DNA of 64,000 nucleotides from Acidimicrobiaceae bacterium. GTDB taxonomy: Bacteria; Actinomycetota; Acidimicrobiia; Acidimicrobiales; Ilumatobacteraceae. Shown piece after piece: positions 26,152 to 35,077 of this stretch. Each line of letters opens with the position of its first letter. Within the stretch, counting starts at the first letter, position 1. A model generated the notes under the pieces. It saw nothing but the letters and a program-made list of their open reading frames with translations, was not told where the DNA came from and ran no database searches. The stretch covers positions 44,160 through 108,159 of the forward strand of contig CANFGT010000008.1 in assembly GCA_947446815.1 (NCBI GenBank), given 5' to 3'. A program made the position numbers and the translations under genes.

Positions 26152-26270
26152 CGACCCAGCATTAGCGCCCAAAGGACTCTTCATTGGCAAGCCTCCCGTG
26201 TATTGTGTTGTCACCCCCAACGGGGCTGGCCATAGACGCTGAAGGGCGACTTGACGAAGGGATTTCCCAA

Positions 26271-26516
26271 ATGAAGGTATGGATTGACCAGGACCTGTGC
26301 ACCGGTGACGGACTCTGTGAAGAAATCGCTCCAGACGTGTTCACACTTCTCGATGACGGCCTCGCCTACGTAAAAGAGGGCGACACAGTCTTCGCTACTG
26401 CCAAGGGCAACGCTCAAGGCGCTGAAGGACTTGCAAACTTTGATGACAAGCGTCTTGACGCAGTTGTTGAATCCGCCGAGGAATGCCCCGGCGAATGCAT
26501 TTTCATCGAAGCCTGA
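26271..26516 (+). CDS. small ferredoxin (single-cluster, actinobacterial 3Fe-4S/4Fe-4S type)
   Basis: MKVWIDQDLCTGDGLCEEIAPDVF...AEECPGECIFIE. ATG 26271 has GAAGGG upstream. The ORF opens at 26184. Confidence 0.8.
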   Translation: MKVWIDQDLCTGDGLCEEIAPDVFTLLDDGLAYVKEGDTVFATAKGNAQGAEGLANFDDKRLDAVVESAEECPGECIFIEA

Positions 26517-26521
26517 TGTAG

Positions 26522-27292
26522 TTACGCGCCAATAAAGCGCGCAACAGTCAAAAACGCCGTGTGCGCCACCATGCGGTGGTCGGGACGTACGGCCATGCCT
26601 TCAATGTGCCAAGTTCGATGAAGCACTTCAATGGTGCGTTGATCAACCCATCCCTTGCCCATTGATTCACGCACTTGTACAGCTTGAGTGATTTGTGGCG
26701 TGTAGGCCACCAGTAATCCACCGGGCACCAAAATCTTTTCCGCAGTGGGCGTTACCCGCCAAGGCTCCGGAAGGTCCAACATGACTCGGTCGAATTCCCC
26801 CTCGGGAACATCTTCGTAACTATCGCCCAAACTGACGTCGTAGCGCGTCAACGCTTCTTCCCCGAGAAATGATTTGACGTTTGATTTGGCGCGATTAAGA
26901 AAGTCTTCGCGCAGTTCTAAGCCGGTGATGTGTGCGCCCCACCGCAACATCGTCATTGAGAGTGCCCCAGACCCAATGCCAGTCTCAAAGACTCGAGCTC
27001 CTGGATAGATATCTCCGAGCATGCACATCGGGGCGAGATCCTTTGGATAAATCACTTGTGCGCCGCGTGGCATTTCAATCACGAAGTCTTCGAGCGTCGG
27101 ACGAAGGATGGTGTACTTCGAGCCCTTAGTGGACTCTGCAACGACACCTGGTTTTTCACCGATGACGCTCGTGTGGGCAATGAAGCCTGAATGACTGTGA
27201 AATTCACCTTCTACATTGAGCGTCACTAAGTAACGACGCTTCTTTGAATCGATGAAGAGAGCCTTTTCGCCCTCTAAAAATACTGCACTCAT
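26522..27292 (-). CDS. trmI: tRNA (adenine58-N1)-methyltransferase TrmI
   Basis: RRYLVTL...QVIYPKD...GARVFETGIGSGALSMTMLR...DRVMLDLPEPW shows the GCD14/TrmI layout. Confidence 0.85.
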   Translation of the reverse strand: MSAVFLEGEKALFIDSKKRRYLVTLNVEGEFHSHSGFIAHTSVIGEKPGVVAESTKGSKYTILRPTLEDFVIEMPRGAQVIYPKDLAPMCMLGDIYPGARVFETGIGSGALSMTMLRWGAHITGLELREDFLNRAKSNVKSFLGEEALTRYDVSLGDSYEDVPEGEFDRVMLDLPEPWRVTPTAEKILVPGGLLVAYTPQITQAVQVRESMGKGWVDQRTIEVLHRTWHIEGMAVRPDHRMVAHTAFLTVARFIGA

Positions 27293-27492
27293 CGCGGTGA
27301 GTCTCCGTTCTGTTGCACATTGATGAGAAGCGACTCTCCGCGCTTCAATGAAATAGCTGCTGTCTGTGGTTGAAACCGACGATCAATCCAACGAAGAACA
27401 GTGAAAACAAGAATCAGACGACGCAACCAGCGACTATTCGTCGACTGTTTTCCGATGATTTTGCGTCCGACCCACATCATGAGGGTGAACAT
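27289..27492 (-). CDS. hypothetical small protein (67 aa, basic, one hydrophobic segment)
   Basis: Stop overlaps the trmI start (ATGA). Starts 2 nt after the preceding ORF. Coding status inferred from packing. Confidence 0.4.
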   Translation of the reverse strand: MFTLMMWVGRKIIGKQSTNSRWLRRLILVFTVLRWIDRRFQPQTAAISLKRGESLLINVQQNGDSPR

Positions 27493-27494
27493 GA

Positions 27495-27704
27495 TTAGAA
27501 CCGACGAAACTCGACGCGTGAACTGCGACGTCGTCCACTGCGCCGACCGAAGACATATGCGAGAAGAACAACAACGGCAGCGATAACGGAGCCCGCAGCC
27601 ACTATGGATTGCTTCTTATCGGTCGCCCGACCTTGGATCTCTGCTTGGAGTGCACGAAATTTGGATTCAAGATCCTCACGTGTCACGCGTGGTGTGTCGG
27701 ACAT
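27495..27704 (-). CDS. hypothetical small membrane-anchored protein (69 aa)
   Basis: Charged helical N-terminus (TREDLESKFRALQAEIQG), one TM (IVAAGSVIAAVVVLLAYVF) and an Arg-rich tail. Confidence 0.5.
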   Translation of the reverse strand: MSDTPRVTREDLESKFRALQAEIQGRATDKKQSIVAAGSVIAAVVVLLAYVFGRRSGRRRSSRVEFRRF

Positions 27705-27706
27705 CT

Positions 27707-28048
27707 CTATTCCCCTTTTGCCAAACTGCGTTGAGAGATGCGGCTATAGGAAAGCCACACCAAGACTGATACCACTACGAAAGTGATGAGGTAATGAACA
27801 AATGACCAATCACCATCGAGAGCATGCCCACCGAGGTCTTGGCTGAGGCGAAGAACTGCCAACGCGAGGAAAACCATTGCCAGCCCCAATGACAATGACG
27901 CACAAGTTCCGACGGCCACCCACCGAGCAGCACCCTTGAGCGGCCCGAGTGTCTCCTGACGTGCGTACAGTTTCACCGAATCAACCAGGTCAGTGACTTG
28001 GTCGGTCGGCGTCAAACGCTTTCGAAAGGAAGAAGATGGCTGGACCAT
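27707..28048 (-). CDS. two-TM membrane protein resembling the 'actinobacterial holin-X' (holin superfamily III) family
   Basis: 113 aa. KLYARQETLGPLKGAARWVAVGTCASLSLGLAMVFLALAVL...FVHYLITFVVVSVLVWL. The family assignment is by resemblance only. Confidence 0.5.
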   Translation of the reverse strand: MVQPSSSFRKRLTPTDQVTDLVDSVKLYARQETLGPLKGAARWVAVGTCASLSLGLAMVFLALAVLRLSQDLGGHALDGDWSFVHYLITFVVVSVLVWLSYSRISQRSLAKGE

Positions 28049-28093
28049 GAGGAAATCAGCCTACGCCTCCCTCCATCAGTTATCCACAGGCTT

Positions 28094-29536
28094 CTATGGA
28101 GCCAATTGGTCGGGACGTGGAGTTGATTTGGCCTTATTGAGAGCCTCGCCGAGGGCCTTCCAGATGGGCTGATACGACGTCTTGTTATCAATGCCAGGCG
28201 AGTTCATCAAAAGGGTGAACACAACAGGCTGGCCACCCTCGACAGGGAGGAACCCCACCAGAGACTTCACCCCTGACAAAGTTCCGGTCTTGCCCAGGAG
28301 TCGGCCGGACACCGGTGAATCCTCAAAGGCAGAACTTAAAGTTCCGCTCCTTCCCGCAACGGCAAGAAGCGGAGCGATGTTGGCGGCATTTGAATTAAGT
28401 ACAGACATAAATGCGTTACATGAAATTTGGTCAGAACTTGAGAGCCCGGACCCATCCAGCAATTGTGGGAGGGGTGAAAGTTTTTGATCTGCAAAATATT
28501 GAGCAACAACCTCGAGACCAGCTGCAGTTGAGCCTGTCTTCTTCTTCGCGTATCCAATTTCTTTGAGAACCAACTCTGCGGTGTTGTTATCACTATTGAC
28601 CAGCATCTCGTTCAAAATGTTCAATAAAGGAGCCGATGAAATTGACGTCACTGGTGTTGCTCCAGCAGGAATGGTTGCATCATGTCGTACAGGGCTATTC
28701 ACAGCAATGCCACGGGCGATGAGCAGAGTGCGCAACTCAGTTGCAGCTGCTAACGCGGGGTCATCTGGTTTCATTGGCTCACCGAGCACTACCCCATCGT
28801 TGACCATCAAAGCACCCAGGGGTCCAGACTCAGTGAAATGAAAATCGCTTGGCCAGACATCCACAAACCTCTTGTCGTCGTACCGCGAGTCGATACCAAC
28901 AACGGTTCCTGTGATCTGACGAATTCCTGTTGATGCAATTTGATCAGCAAGAGTATCCAGAGAGGTGCCGTGCAGTGTGGGATATTTCTCGTTGGCTACG
29001 TATTCATTGCGAACGATAAGAGGGTCGCCACCGCCAACAAAAAAGAGATCTGTTACAACGCCTGCCACAGAAGTTTGTGTGGCAAGGACATCAGTCTTGT
29101 AGGTGAAGTTGGTTCCCAGCACACTGATAGCTGTAGCTGCAGTCATGATCTTTGTCGCCGAAGCTGGAATCAGTTGTTTGTCACTTCTGATGTCTGCAAG
29201 GGTCTCCCCTAGCCAGTCAACTTTGAGACAACTATTTGTGGGAATTCGTGTTTGCAAAACTGCAAGCGAACGCCGCAGGCCTCCAAGGCGTGCGTCATTC
29301 GACAAAGTATTCGGAGTACGACGTGCGGATAGAACGGCAATATTGGGTGATGTTCCGATAGGGCCGCTTGCCTGCGGAGTCACACGCGCTGCGATAGCCG
29401 ATGTAAAAAAATAGCCAGAACCAAGCAACACAACACCAAAAACACCTACGCCAATAACGACCCGAAGAGGGTCCTTTGCTCGCCGTGCTACTCGGAGTGT
29501 TTGCTTATCGATGTGCGACACCGGTATGGACTGCAT
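28094..29536 (-). CDS. dacB: D-alanyl-D-alanine carboxypeptidase/endopeptidase (PBP4, S13 family)
   Basis: SxxK (PASATKIM), SxN (VNSDNNTAE) and KTG (LGKTGTLSG), with an N-terminal TM. Start uncertain: ATG 29536, GTG 29521, or the ORF opening at 29605. Confidence 0.8.
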   Translation of the reverse strand: MQSIPVSHIDKQTLRVARRAKDPLRVVIGVGVFGVVLLGSGYFFTSAIAARVTPQASGPIGTSPNIAVLSARRTPNTLSNDARLGGLRRSLAVLQTRIPTNSCLKVDWLGETLADIRSDKQLIPASATKIMTAATAISVLGTNFTYKTDVLATQTSVAGVVTDLFFVGGGDPLIVRNEYVANEKYPTLHGTSLDTLADQIASTGIRQITGTVVGIDSRYDDKRFVDVWPSDFHFTESGPLGALMVNDGVVLGEPMKPDDPALAAATELRTLLIARGIAVNSPVRHDATIPAGATPVTSISSAPLLNILNEMLVNSDNNTAELVLKEIGYAKKKTGSTAAGLEVVAQYFADQKLSPLPQLLDGSGLSSSDQISCNAFMSVLNSNAANIAPLLAVAGRSGTLSSAFEDSPVSGRLLGKTGTLSGVKSLVGFLPVEGGQPVVFTLLMNSPGIDNKTSYQPIWKALGEALNKAKSTPRPDQLAP

Positions 29537-31664
29537 AGCGATAAAGATGACCAAGTGCTGCCACCGCACGGTTGCCACTGGCGTAACACAGACGACCTGA
29601 TTCACGTACTGCTACAACGCCAGCATTATCGGGGTCGGCAACTGCCAATTCAGTTGCAACAAGTATTGGCTTTCCGGTACGAACTGATAGCTCTTGTGCA
29701 GCTTGTGCGAAACGAGCATCTTGACGTTCGTGGTATTCAACGATGCGCTCTAACCCATGGTCTGGATAAAAACGACCTTCGCGCATTAATCGCGCTTGGT
29801 TGGCTTGAATGCCTAGTCCAAGATAAATCACTGCATCGACATCGGGATGAGAAGCAATCATCTCCATCACTTCAGGAATAGTGTCTCGAGTCTCTCCACC
29901 CGCACAATCAACCGGATTGTTGCGACTCCAACGTGGTGGCAACTTCGTATCAATTTGTGCTTGTAGATCTGGAGGAAGTGTCATCAGTTGCAACGAGCCA
30001 TCGCGAGCAATTGCGTCACTTGTAACAACTCCCCAACCACCTGCCGTGGTGAGGATGATGACATTGGGGCCTTTTGGCAACGGCTGAGTCGCAAATGTGG
30101 CTGCGGCTTCGAAAGCTTCTTCCACTGTTGCTGCGCGGGAAATGCCGCCTGCCTTGCATGCACCATCAAAAATGAAATCGTTTGCAGCGAGCGCCCCAGT
30201 GTGACTAGCAGCAGCACGTGCACCATTCTCTGTAGATCCACCTTTGACAAGAACGACCGGTTTGTTCTTGGCCGCTGCTGCGAGGCGCTTCATGAGTCCC
30301 GCACCATCGCTAATTCCCTCTACGTAGGCAAGCGAAACACGCGTTGCGTCATCTGTTCCGTACCACTCAATAAGGTCTGCAACTCCTAATGCCGCCGCAT
30401 TGCCAGCCGACACGGCTCGACTGATGCCGACACCTGTCTCGCGTGAGTAGTTCAAGAAACTGGAAACAAAATTTCCGCTTTGACTAGCAACGGCAATTGC
30501 ACCGGAAGGAGGAAAAGGCGCAACAATCTGGGCACATAAATTGGCGGGTGTTGAGACAACACCTTGGCCATTAGGACCTGCCAAGAGAATGCCGAGCTCG
30601 TCAGCAAGCGCAACGAGCTGTTCTTCCAAGATTCTTCCTTCATCTCCAGCTTCGCCATAACCAGCCGAGGTGAGAAAGGCCGCTTTCACACCTTTGTTCG
30701 CACATGCACGCAAGAGGTCGGGGTTTGCCGATGCCGGTGTACACACAAAGACAAGATCGATGGAGTTGTCTGGAAGCTCAGCGATATCCGCAACGGTTTT
30801 GATTCCGAGCACCTCTTCGCCATGCAAATTCGTCCCATAGACAGCTCCGTTGTATCCACTAGCGAGAATGTTGTGAAGGGATACGAATCCAAATTTTCCT
30901 GGATGAGTAGAGGCACCGGTAACAAGTACTCCACGGGGCTCAAACAATGCTTTGAATTGCGAGTCCGAATATGCGGGACGAACTGAACTCTCGTTCGTCA
31001 ATCGCTCACCCATTTCCACCAACGCGTCAACAGCAACGATGTTTCCATCACTCTTCACAATGAGAGGGTTGATATCAACAGACACAATGTCCTGACGCTC
31101 GGTTGCAACTGCCGAAAGTCCTACAAGGCATGCGACTACTTGATCCATATTGACTGCTGCTTCGCCTCGAAAATCTTCCAGGAGACCTTGCATCCGTAGA
31201 GACTTCACCATGTCGCGAGCAATTGCTTCGGTGATCGGCGCTGGACGGAACGCAACATCTTTGATGACTTCGGCCATGATGCCGCCAATACCTAACATCA
31301 CGGTTGGGCCGAATTGTTGGTCAACGAGAAGCCCAGCGATGAGCTCGCGTGATCCAGAGACCATTGGTGCGATCAAAACATGGACCTCTCCATCTTCGGG
31401 AGTGGCCGCAGACAACAAATCAGTTACTGCTTGATGGACGGATTGGGCATCTCCAAGGCGAAGCCGAACGAGTCCACGCTCCGTTTTGTGTGCAATCTTG
31501 TCGCCCCCCAATTTTGCCACCACTGGGTAGCCCAAGGACTCGGCAGCTGCCACAGCCTCATCGGAGGTGAGAACTTGGTGCTCGGAAGCAAAAGGAACGC
31601 CATAAGCAGAAAGGAGTTGCTTCGATGCGACTTCGGAGAGGGTGCTGGAAGAATGTGTTGACAC
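29505..31664 (-). CDS. acetate--CoA ligase (ADP-forming) / NDP-forming acyl-CoA synthetase family protein
   Basis: The N-terminal ATP-grasp-like part (LSEVASKQLLSAYGVPFA...LGYPVVAKL) precedes the CoA-binding/ligase part (PRGVLVTGASTHPGKFG...VFVCTPA...LLAGPNGQG). GTG start. Confidence 0.75.
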   Translation of the reverse strand: MSTHSSSTLSEVASKQLLSAYGVPFASEHQVLTSDEAVAAAESLGYPVVAKLGGDKIAHKTERGLVRLRLGDAQSVHQAVTDLLSAATPEDGEVHVLIAPMVSGSRELIAGLLVDQQFGPTVMLGIGGIMAEVIKDVAFRPAPITEAIARDMVKSLRMQGLLEDFRGEAAVNMDQVVACLVGLSAVATERQDIVSVDINPLIVKSDGNIVAVDALVEMGERLTNESSVRPAYSDSQFKALFEPRGVLVTGASTHPGKFGFVSLHNILASGYNGAVYGTNLHGEEVLGIKTVADIAELPDNSIDLVFVCTPASANPDLLRACANKGVKAAFLTSAGYGEAGDEGRILEEQLVALADELGILLAGPNGQGVVSTPANLCAQIVAPFPPSGAIAVASQSGNFVSSFLNYSRETGVGISRAVSAGNAAALGVADLIEWYGTDDATRVSLAYVEGISDGAGLMKRLAAAAKNKPVVLVKGGSTENGARAAASHTGALAANDFIFDGACKAGGISRAATVEEAFEAAATFATQPLPKGPNVIILTTAGGWGVVTSDAIARDGSLQLMTLPPDLQAQIDTKLPPRWSRNNPVDCAGGETRDTIPEVMEMIASHPDVDAVIYLGLGIQANQARLMREGRFYPDHGLERIVEYHERQDARFAQAAQELSVRTGKPILVATELAVADPDNAGVVAVRESGRLCYASGNRAVAALGHLYRYAVHTGVAHR

Positions 31665-31710
31665 GGTTACATACCGTAGTCAGTCACACCTTCTTGTACA
31701 GACCGAATCG

Positions 31711-32508
31711 CTATCGAGATGTGTGATTTGCGATGTGAGACGCAATCTCTCCCGCTAGTTCTCCAATACAAAGGTGCCCGGCGGCCAACTCGACGAGTGA
31801 AGCCCCCACTACCTGAGATGCGATGTGACGAGATTTCGAGATGTCCACCCAGCGATCTTGGGCTCCACCTAACACGAGACATGGCGCCGTGATGTTGGCG
31901 AGGTCCTCTTCGATGTCGACCCGAATATCAAGTTCCAGATGTGCATCGGACCCGGGCTGCACTGTCGCCGCAGCCATGGCCACCGCCCCATCCCACATTG
32001 GTTCGATTATTTCAAGGGTGGCCGCGGTGTATCCATCAACAAGCGCATAACGAATGAACAAATCAGGGCTAACGGAAATGAGTCGACGCCACAGATCAAA
32101 CGTGCCACGCATCCGTGCATCGCTTTGCGACCAACCGCATAAAGACGTCACTGTGCTGACCTTCTGACTATGACGTGCTGCTGTATGTAATGCACACACA
32201 GCGCCGAGCGAATAGCCAACAACATGAAAAGTGGTGTGGCCAAGATATTCCATCAACGCAACTGCATCATCGACAATTACGTCAATTTCAAGAGGACCCA
32301 AAGGCATCTCAGATTCGCCAGAACCGGGGAATTCAAAGACAACCCACGTTCGCTGATCGGTGCACGCATCGCGTACCTGATCCCAAGCATTTGCCGATTG
32401 CGTCGTTCCATGGAAGGCCAAAATTGCTGGACCAGACCCATTAATGGAATAGCCGATGTTGCGACCATTGTGTGCGAAAACTGCCATGGGCTTGACCGTA
32501 GACGACAA
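31711..32508 (-). CDS. alpha/beta hydrolase
   Basis: ILAFHGTTQSA and the nucleophile elbow VGYSLGA. Confidence 0.75.
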   Translation of the reverse strand: MSSTVKPMAVFAHNGRNIGYSINGSGPAILAFHGTTQSANAWDQVRDACTDQRTWVVFEFPGSGESEMPLGPLEIDVIVDDAVALMEYLGHTTFHVVGYSLGAVCALHTAARHSQKVSTVTSLCGWSQSDARMRGTFDLWRRLISVSPDLFIRYALVDGYTAATLEIIEPMWDGAVAMAAATVQPGSDAHLELDIRVDIEEDLANITAPCLVLGGAQDRWVDISKSRHIASQVVGASLVELAAGHLCIGELAGEIASHIANHTSR

Positions 32509-32518
32509 TGGTTGAGGT

Positions 32519-33151
32519 TCAAGACTTCAAGAGCGCCGAACGGAAGAAACCAATGACGTGTTCTTGATGGTTATAGATGTTTTTCGCTGCCATCGCATCT
32601 TCGTCAATCAAACCATCGACAAACGGTGAATCGGAGAAATAAGTCAAGAGGGCGCCGTATCCAGTGATCAGAAGATGTCGAGCGTCATGAACCTGGAAGA
32701 TGCCTTGTTGCATTTGCGATTCAAGATATTCGACAGCGCTGTCGAAGAAGGGGCGCAACACTCCCGACAAATCAATACCAAGGTGCACCCCACCATCGAG
32801 CGCCTCGCGACGCATAATTCGCACGTAGTCCGGTGTCTCCGCAAAGAGATCCAGACAGGCCCTCAATACAAGCTCTGCCTTGTCCCATCCCACAGCTGTC
32901 ATGGCGACGGCAGCATCGAGGCGTTCGAGCCAGTCAGAAAGCAATCGTTCGAAGACATCGCCGTAGAGAGCTTCTTTGCTCGGGAAATGATGAAGAAGAC
33001 TCGGGCGCCGGATGCCGACCCCCGCTGCTATGTCATTCAATGAGGTACCCTCGTATCCCTTTTCAGCAAAGCAATGAAGAGCCTCATCAAGAATCTGGTC
33101 ACGTGTCGACCGGGAGGATTCAATCGATGTGGCGTCGGACACGGAAATCAA
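32519..33151 (-). CDS. TetR/AcrR-family transcriptional regulator
   Basis: RDQILDEALHCFAEKGYEGTSLNDIAAGVGIRRPSLLHHFPSKEALY is the TetR HTH. TTG 33151 or GTG 33142 start. Confidence 0.85.
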   Translation of the reverse strand: MISVSDATSIESSRSTRDQILDEALHCFAEKGYEGTSLNDIAAGVGIRRPSLLHHFPSKEALYGDVFERLLSDWLERLDAAVAMTAVGWDKAELVLRACLDLFAETPDYVRIMRREALDGGVHLGIDLSGVLRPFFDSAVEYLESQMQQGIFQVHDARHLLITGYGALLTYFSDSPFVDGLIDEDAMAAKNIYNHQEHVIGFFRSALLKS

Positions 33152-33168
33152 CTTACCGCCGCATCTGT

Positions 33169-33186
33169 CTACCTACTAGTAGGTAG
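33169..33186. promoter_or_regulatory. perfect 18-bp palindrome CTACCTACTAGTAGGTAG, a candidate TetR operator
   Basis: Sits in the roughly 50-nt divergent gap between the TetR gene and the desaturase gene. Confidence 0.6.
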
Positions 33187-33203
33187 TGAGTTATGGTGTC
33201 CTC

Positions 33204-33965
33204 ATGAGTTCCGTACTGCATTCATTCCTTGTCGCACTGGTTGCGGCATTCATCGTCACCACACTGGCCAATACCGGTACCACGGTGTACTTGCATCGGT
33301 CTCTTAGCCACCGGGCATTGACTGTTCATCCAGCTGTCGCGTGGGTCTTTCGTGCTGTGATTTGGCTGAGCACAGGAATTAAGCCAAAAGAATGGGTAGC
33401 GGTGCATCGTAAGCATCATGCATTCACCGACGAAGAAGGTGACCCGCACTCACCTGTCTTGCTGGGCTGGAAGCGTGTACAAAAGGCAAACGTGATGCTG
33501 TATCGCGAAGCCCTTGCTGACAAGAACGTCATTACGAAGTACGCGAAGGATCTTCCGGACGACAAGTGGGACCGATTGTTCTTCGGTCATAACAAAACTG
33601 GATTAATCACCGGAATCGCCATTTTGATGATTGTGCTTGGTCCATGGACTGGCCTACTGGTGGCATTCATGCATGCCAACCTGTATCTCGCAGTCAACGC
33701 TGGCGTCAATGCATTAGGACACCATTTCGGCCGTCGTCCCTATGCAAATCAAGCAACGAATCTTCAGTGGTTGGCGTTTCTCACAATGGGTGAAGGTCTG
33801 CACAATAATCATCACGCAGCGCCGTCGTCTCCCCGACTTTCGCATCGTCGTGGTCAGATTGATCCGGGCTGGTGGGTCATCAGCACTTTGAAAGCTTTGA
33901 AATTGGCGACTCTACGATTCTCCGATGTTCGATTGACTCGTGCAGCGCGCAATGGAGCGATCTAG
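33204..33965 (+). CDS. membrane fatty-acid (acyl-CoA delta-9-type) desaturase
   Basis: Three His boxes: HRSLSH, HRKHH and HNNHH. ATG 33204 is preferred. The ORF opens at GTG 33186, inside the palindrome. Confidence 0.85.
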   Translation: MSSVLHSFLVALVAAFIVTTLANTGTTVYLHRSLSHRALTVHPAVAWVFRAVIWLSTGIKPKEWVAVHRKHHAFTDEEGDPHSPVLLGWKRVQKANVMLYREALADKNVITKYAKDLPDDKWDRLFFGHNKTGLITGIAILMIVLGPWTGLLVAFMHANLYLAVNAGVNALGHHFGRRPYANQATNLQWLAFLTMGEGLHNNHHAAPSSPRLSHRRGQIDPGWWVISTLKALKLATLRFSDVRLTRAARNGAI

Positions 33966-33985
33966 TTCAGAACTAATCTGAAGAC

Positions 33986-35077
33986 ATGTCCGAGTCGATT
34001 ACTTGTCATAATTTCTTTGACGGAAGCAATCTTCTTGGTCCCCATCGCATTTTCTATGTCGACCGAGTTGTTGAAGCCGTAGAGCCATTTGATGGGCAAG
34101 CCGATTACTTTCTTGTGTCGCCTGGCCTCGTGGACATTCAGATGAATGGATTTGAAGAGGTCGATGTTGCTCGTGCCTCCGCTGATGAATTGTTGCTCTT
34201 AGGCCAGCGTTTGGAATCTCTCGGAACAACCTCGTGGCTTGCAACAATCACCACTGCACCGCTCAATTCACTATCGGAATCAATTCGTCGAATAGATGAA
34301 TCCATCGCTGGTGGTTCGGCTGTCGGATGTGCGGGTCTACATATTGAAGGTCCTTTTCTCGGTAATGCCCCTGGTGCACATCGACCCGATTGGATTATTC
34401 CTTTCGATAGTGAATGGGTTTCTCAACTTCCCCCCTCAGTTCGTTTGATGACAATTGCGGCCGAACAGCCGAACGTTGCCCTCGCCGTCAATGCTTTAAG
34501 GACAAAGAATATTTCGGTGTCCATCGGCCACTCTCGACCCAATGAAGTTCAGTGGAGAGACGCGCGTAATGCCGGTGCATCTCTGGTGACGCACCTTTTC
34601 AACGGTATGAGCGGAGTGCACCATCGTGATACCGGTGTGGCATTGCAAGCCCTTGTGGACGATGCGATTTATGCGGGTGTCATCGGCGACATGATCCACA
34701 TCTCGCCGGAAGCGACGTCATTGGCGTTTAAAGCCAAAGGAAGCGCCCGCATTTGTTTGGTGTCGGATTCCGTCGGTTGGCTCACGCAATGGGCCACGAA
34801 ACGTGGTGTCCAACTGAAGGACGGAGCACCTCGGTTGCCAGATGGCACCTTGGCCGGCAGTTCCACTCCACTTGCGGAATGTCTTCGACGTGTCGTGCAG
34901 GAAGCCCATGTGCCCCTAGAAGACGCGCTGCGTTCAGCCACCTCTACGCCTGCCGACGCCATTGGACTGAGCTCAATCGGACACGTGACATCTGGAGAGC
35001 CTGCTGATTTAGTGGCCTTTGACGAGTCTCTCCACGTGGTCAGCACGTGGCGCCGATTAGTGTCTCTACGTGGCTAA
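33986..35077 (+). CDS. nagA: N-acetylglucosamine-6-phosphate deacetylase
   Basis: PGLVDIQMNGF, GLHIEGPFL, SIGHS, THLFNGM and SDS are motifs of amidohydrolase-fold NagA. Confidence 0.8.
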   Translation: MSESITCHNFFDGSNLLGPHRIFYVDRVVEAVEPFDGQADYFLVSPGLVDIQMNGFEEVDVARASADELLLLGQRLESLGTTSWLATITTAPLNSLSESIRRIDESIAGGSAVGCAGLHIEGPFLGNAPGAHRPDWIIPFDSEWVSQLPPSVRLMTIAAEQPNVALAVNALRTKNISVSIGHSRPNEVQWRDARNAGASLVTHLFNGMSGVHHRDTGVALQALVDDAIYAGVIGDMIHISPEATSLAFKAKGSARICLVSDSVGWLTQWATKRGVQLKDGAPRLPDGTLAGSSTPLAECLRRVVQEAHVPLEDALRSATSTPADAIGLSSIGHVTSGEPADLVAFDESLHVVSTWRRLVSLRG

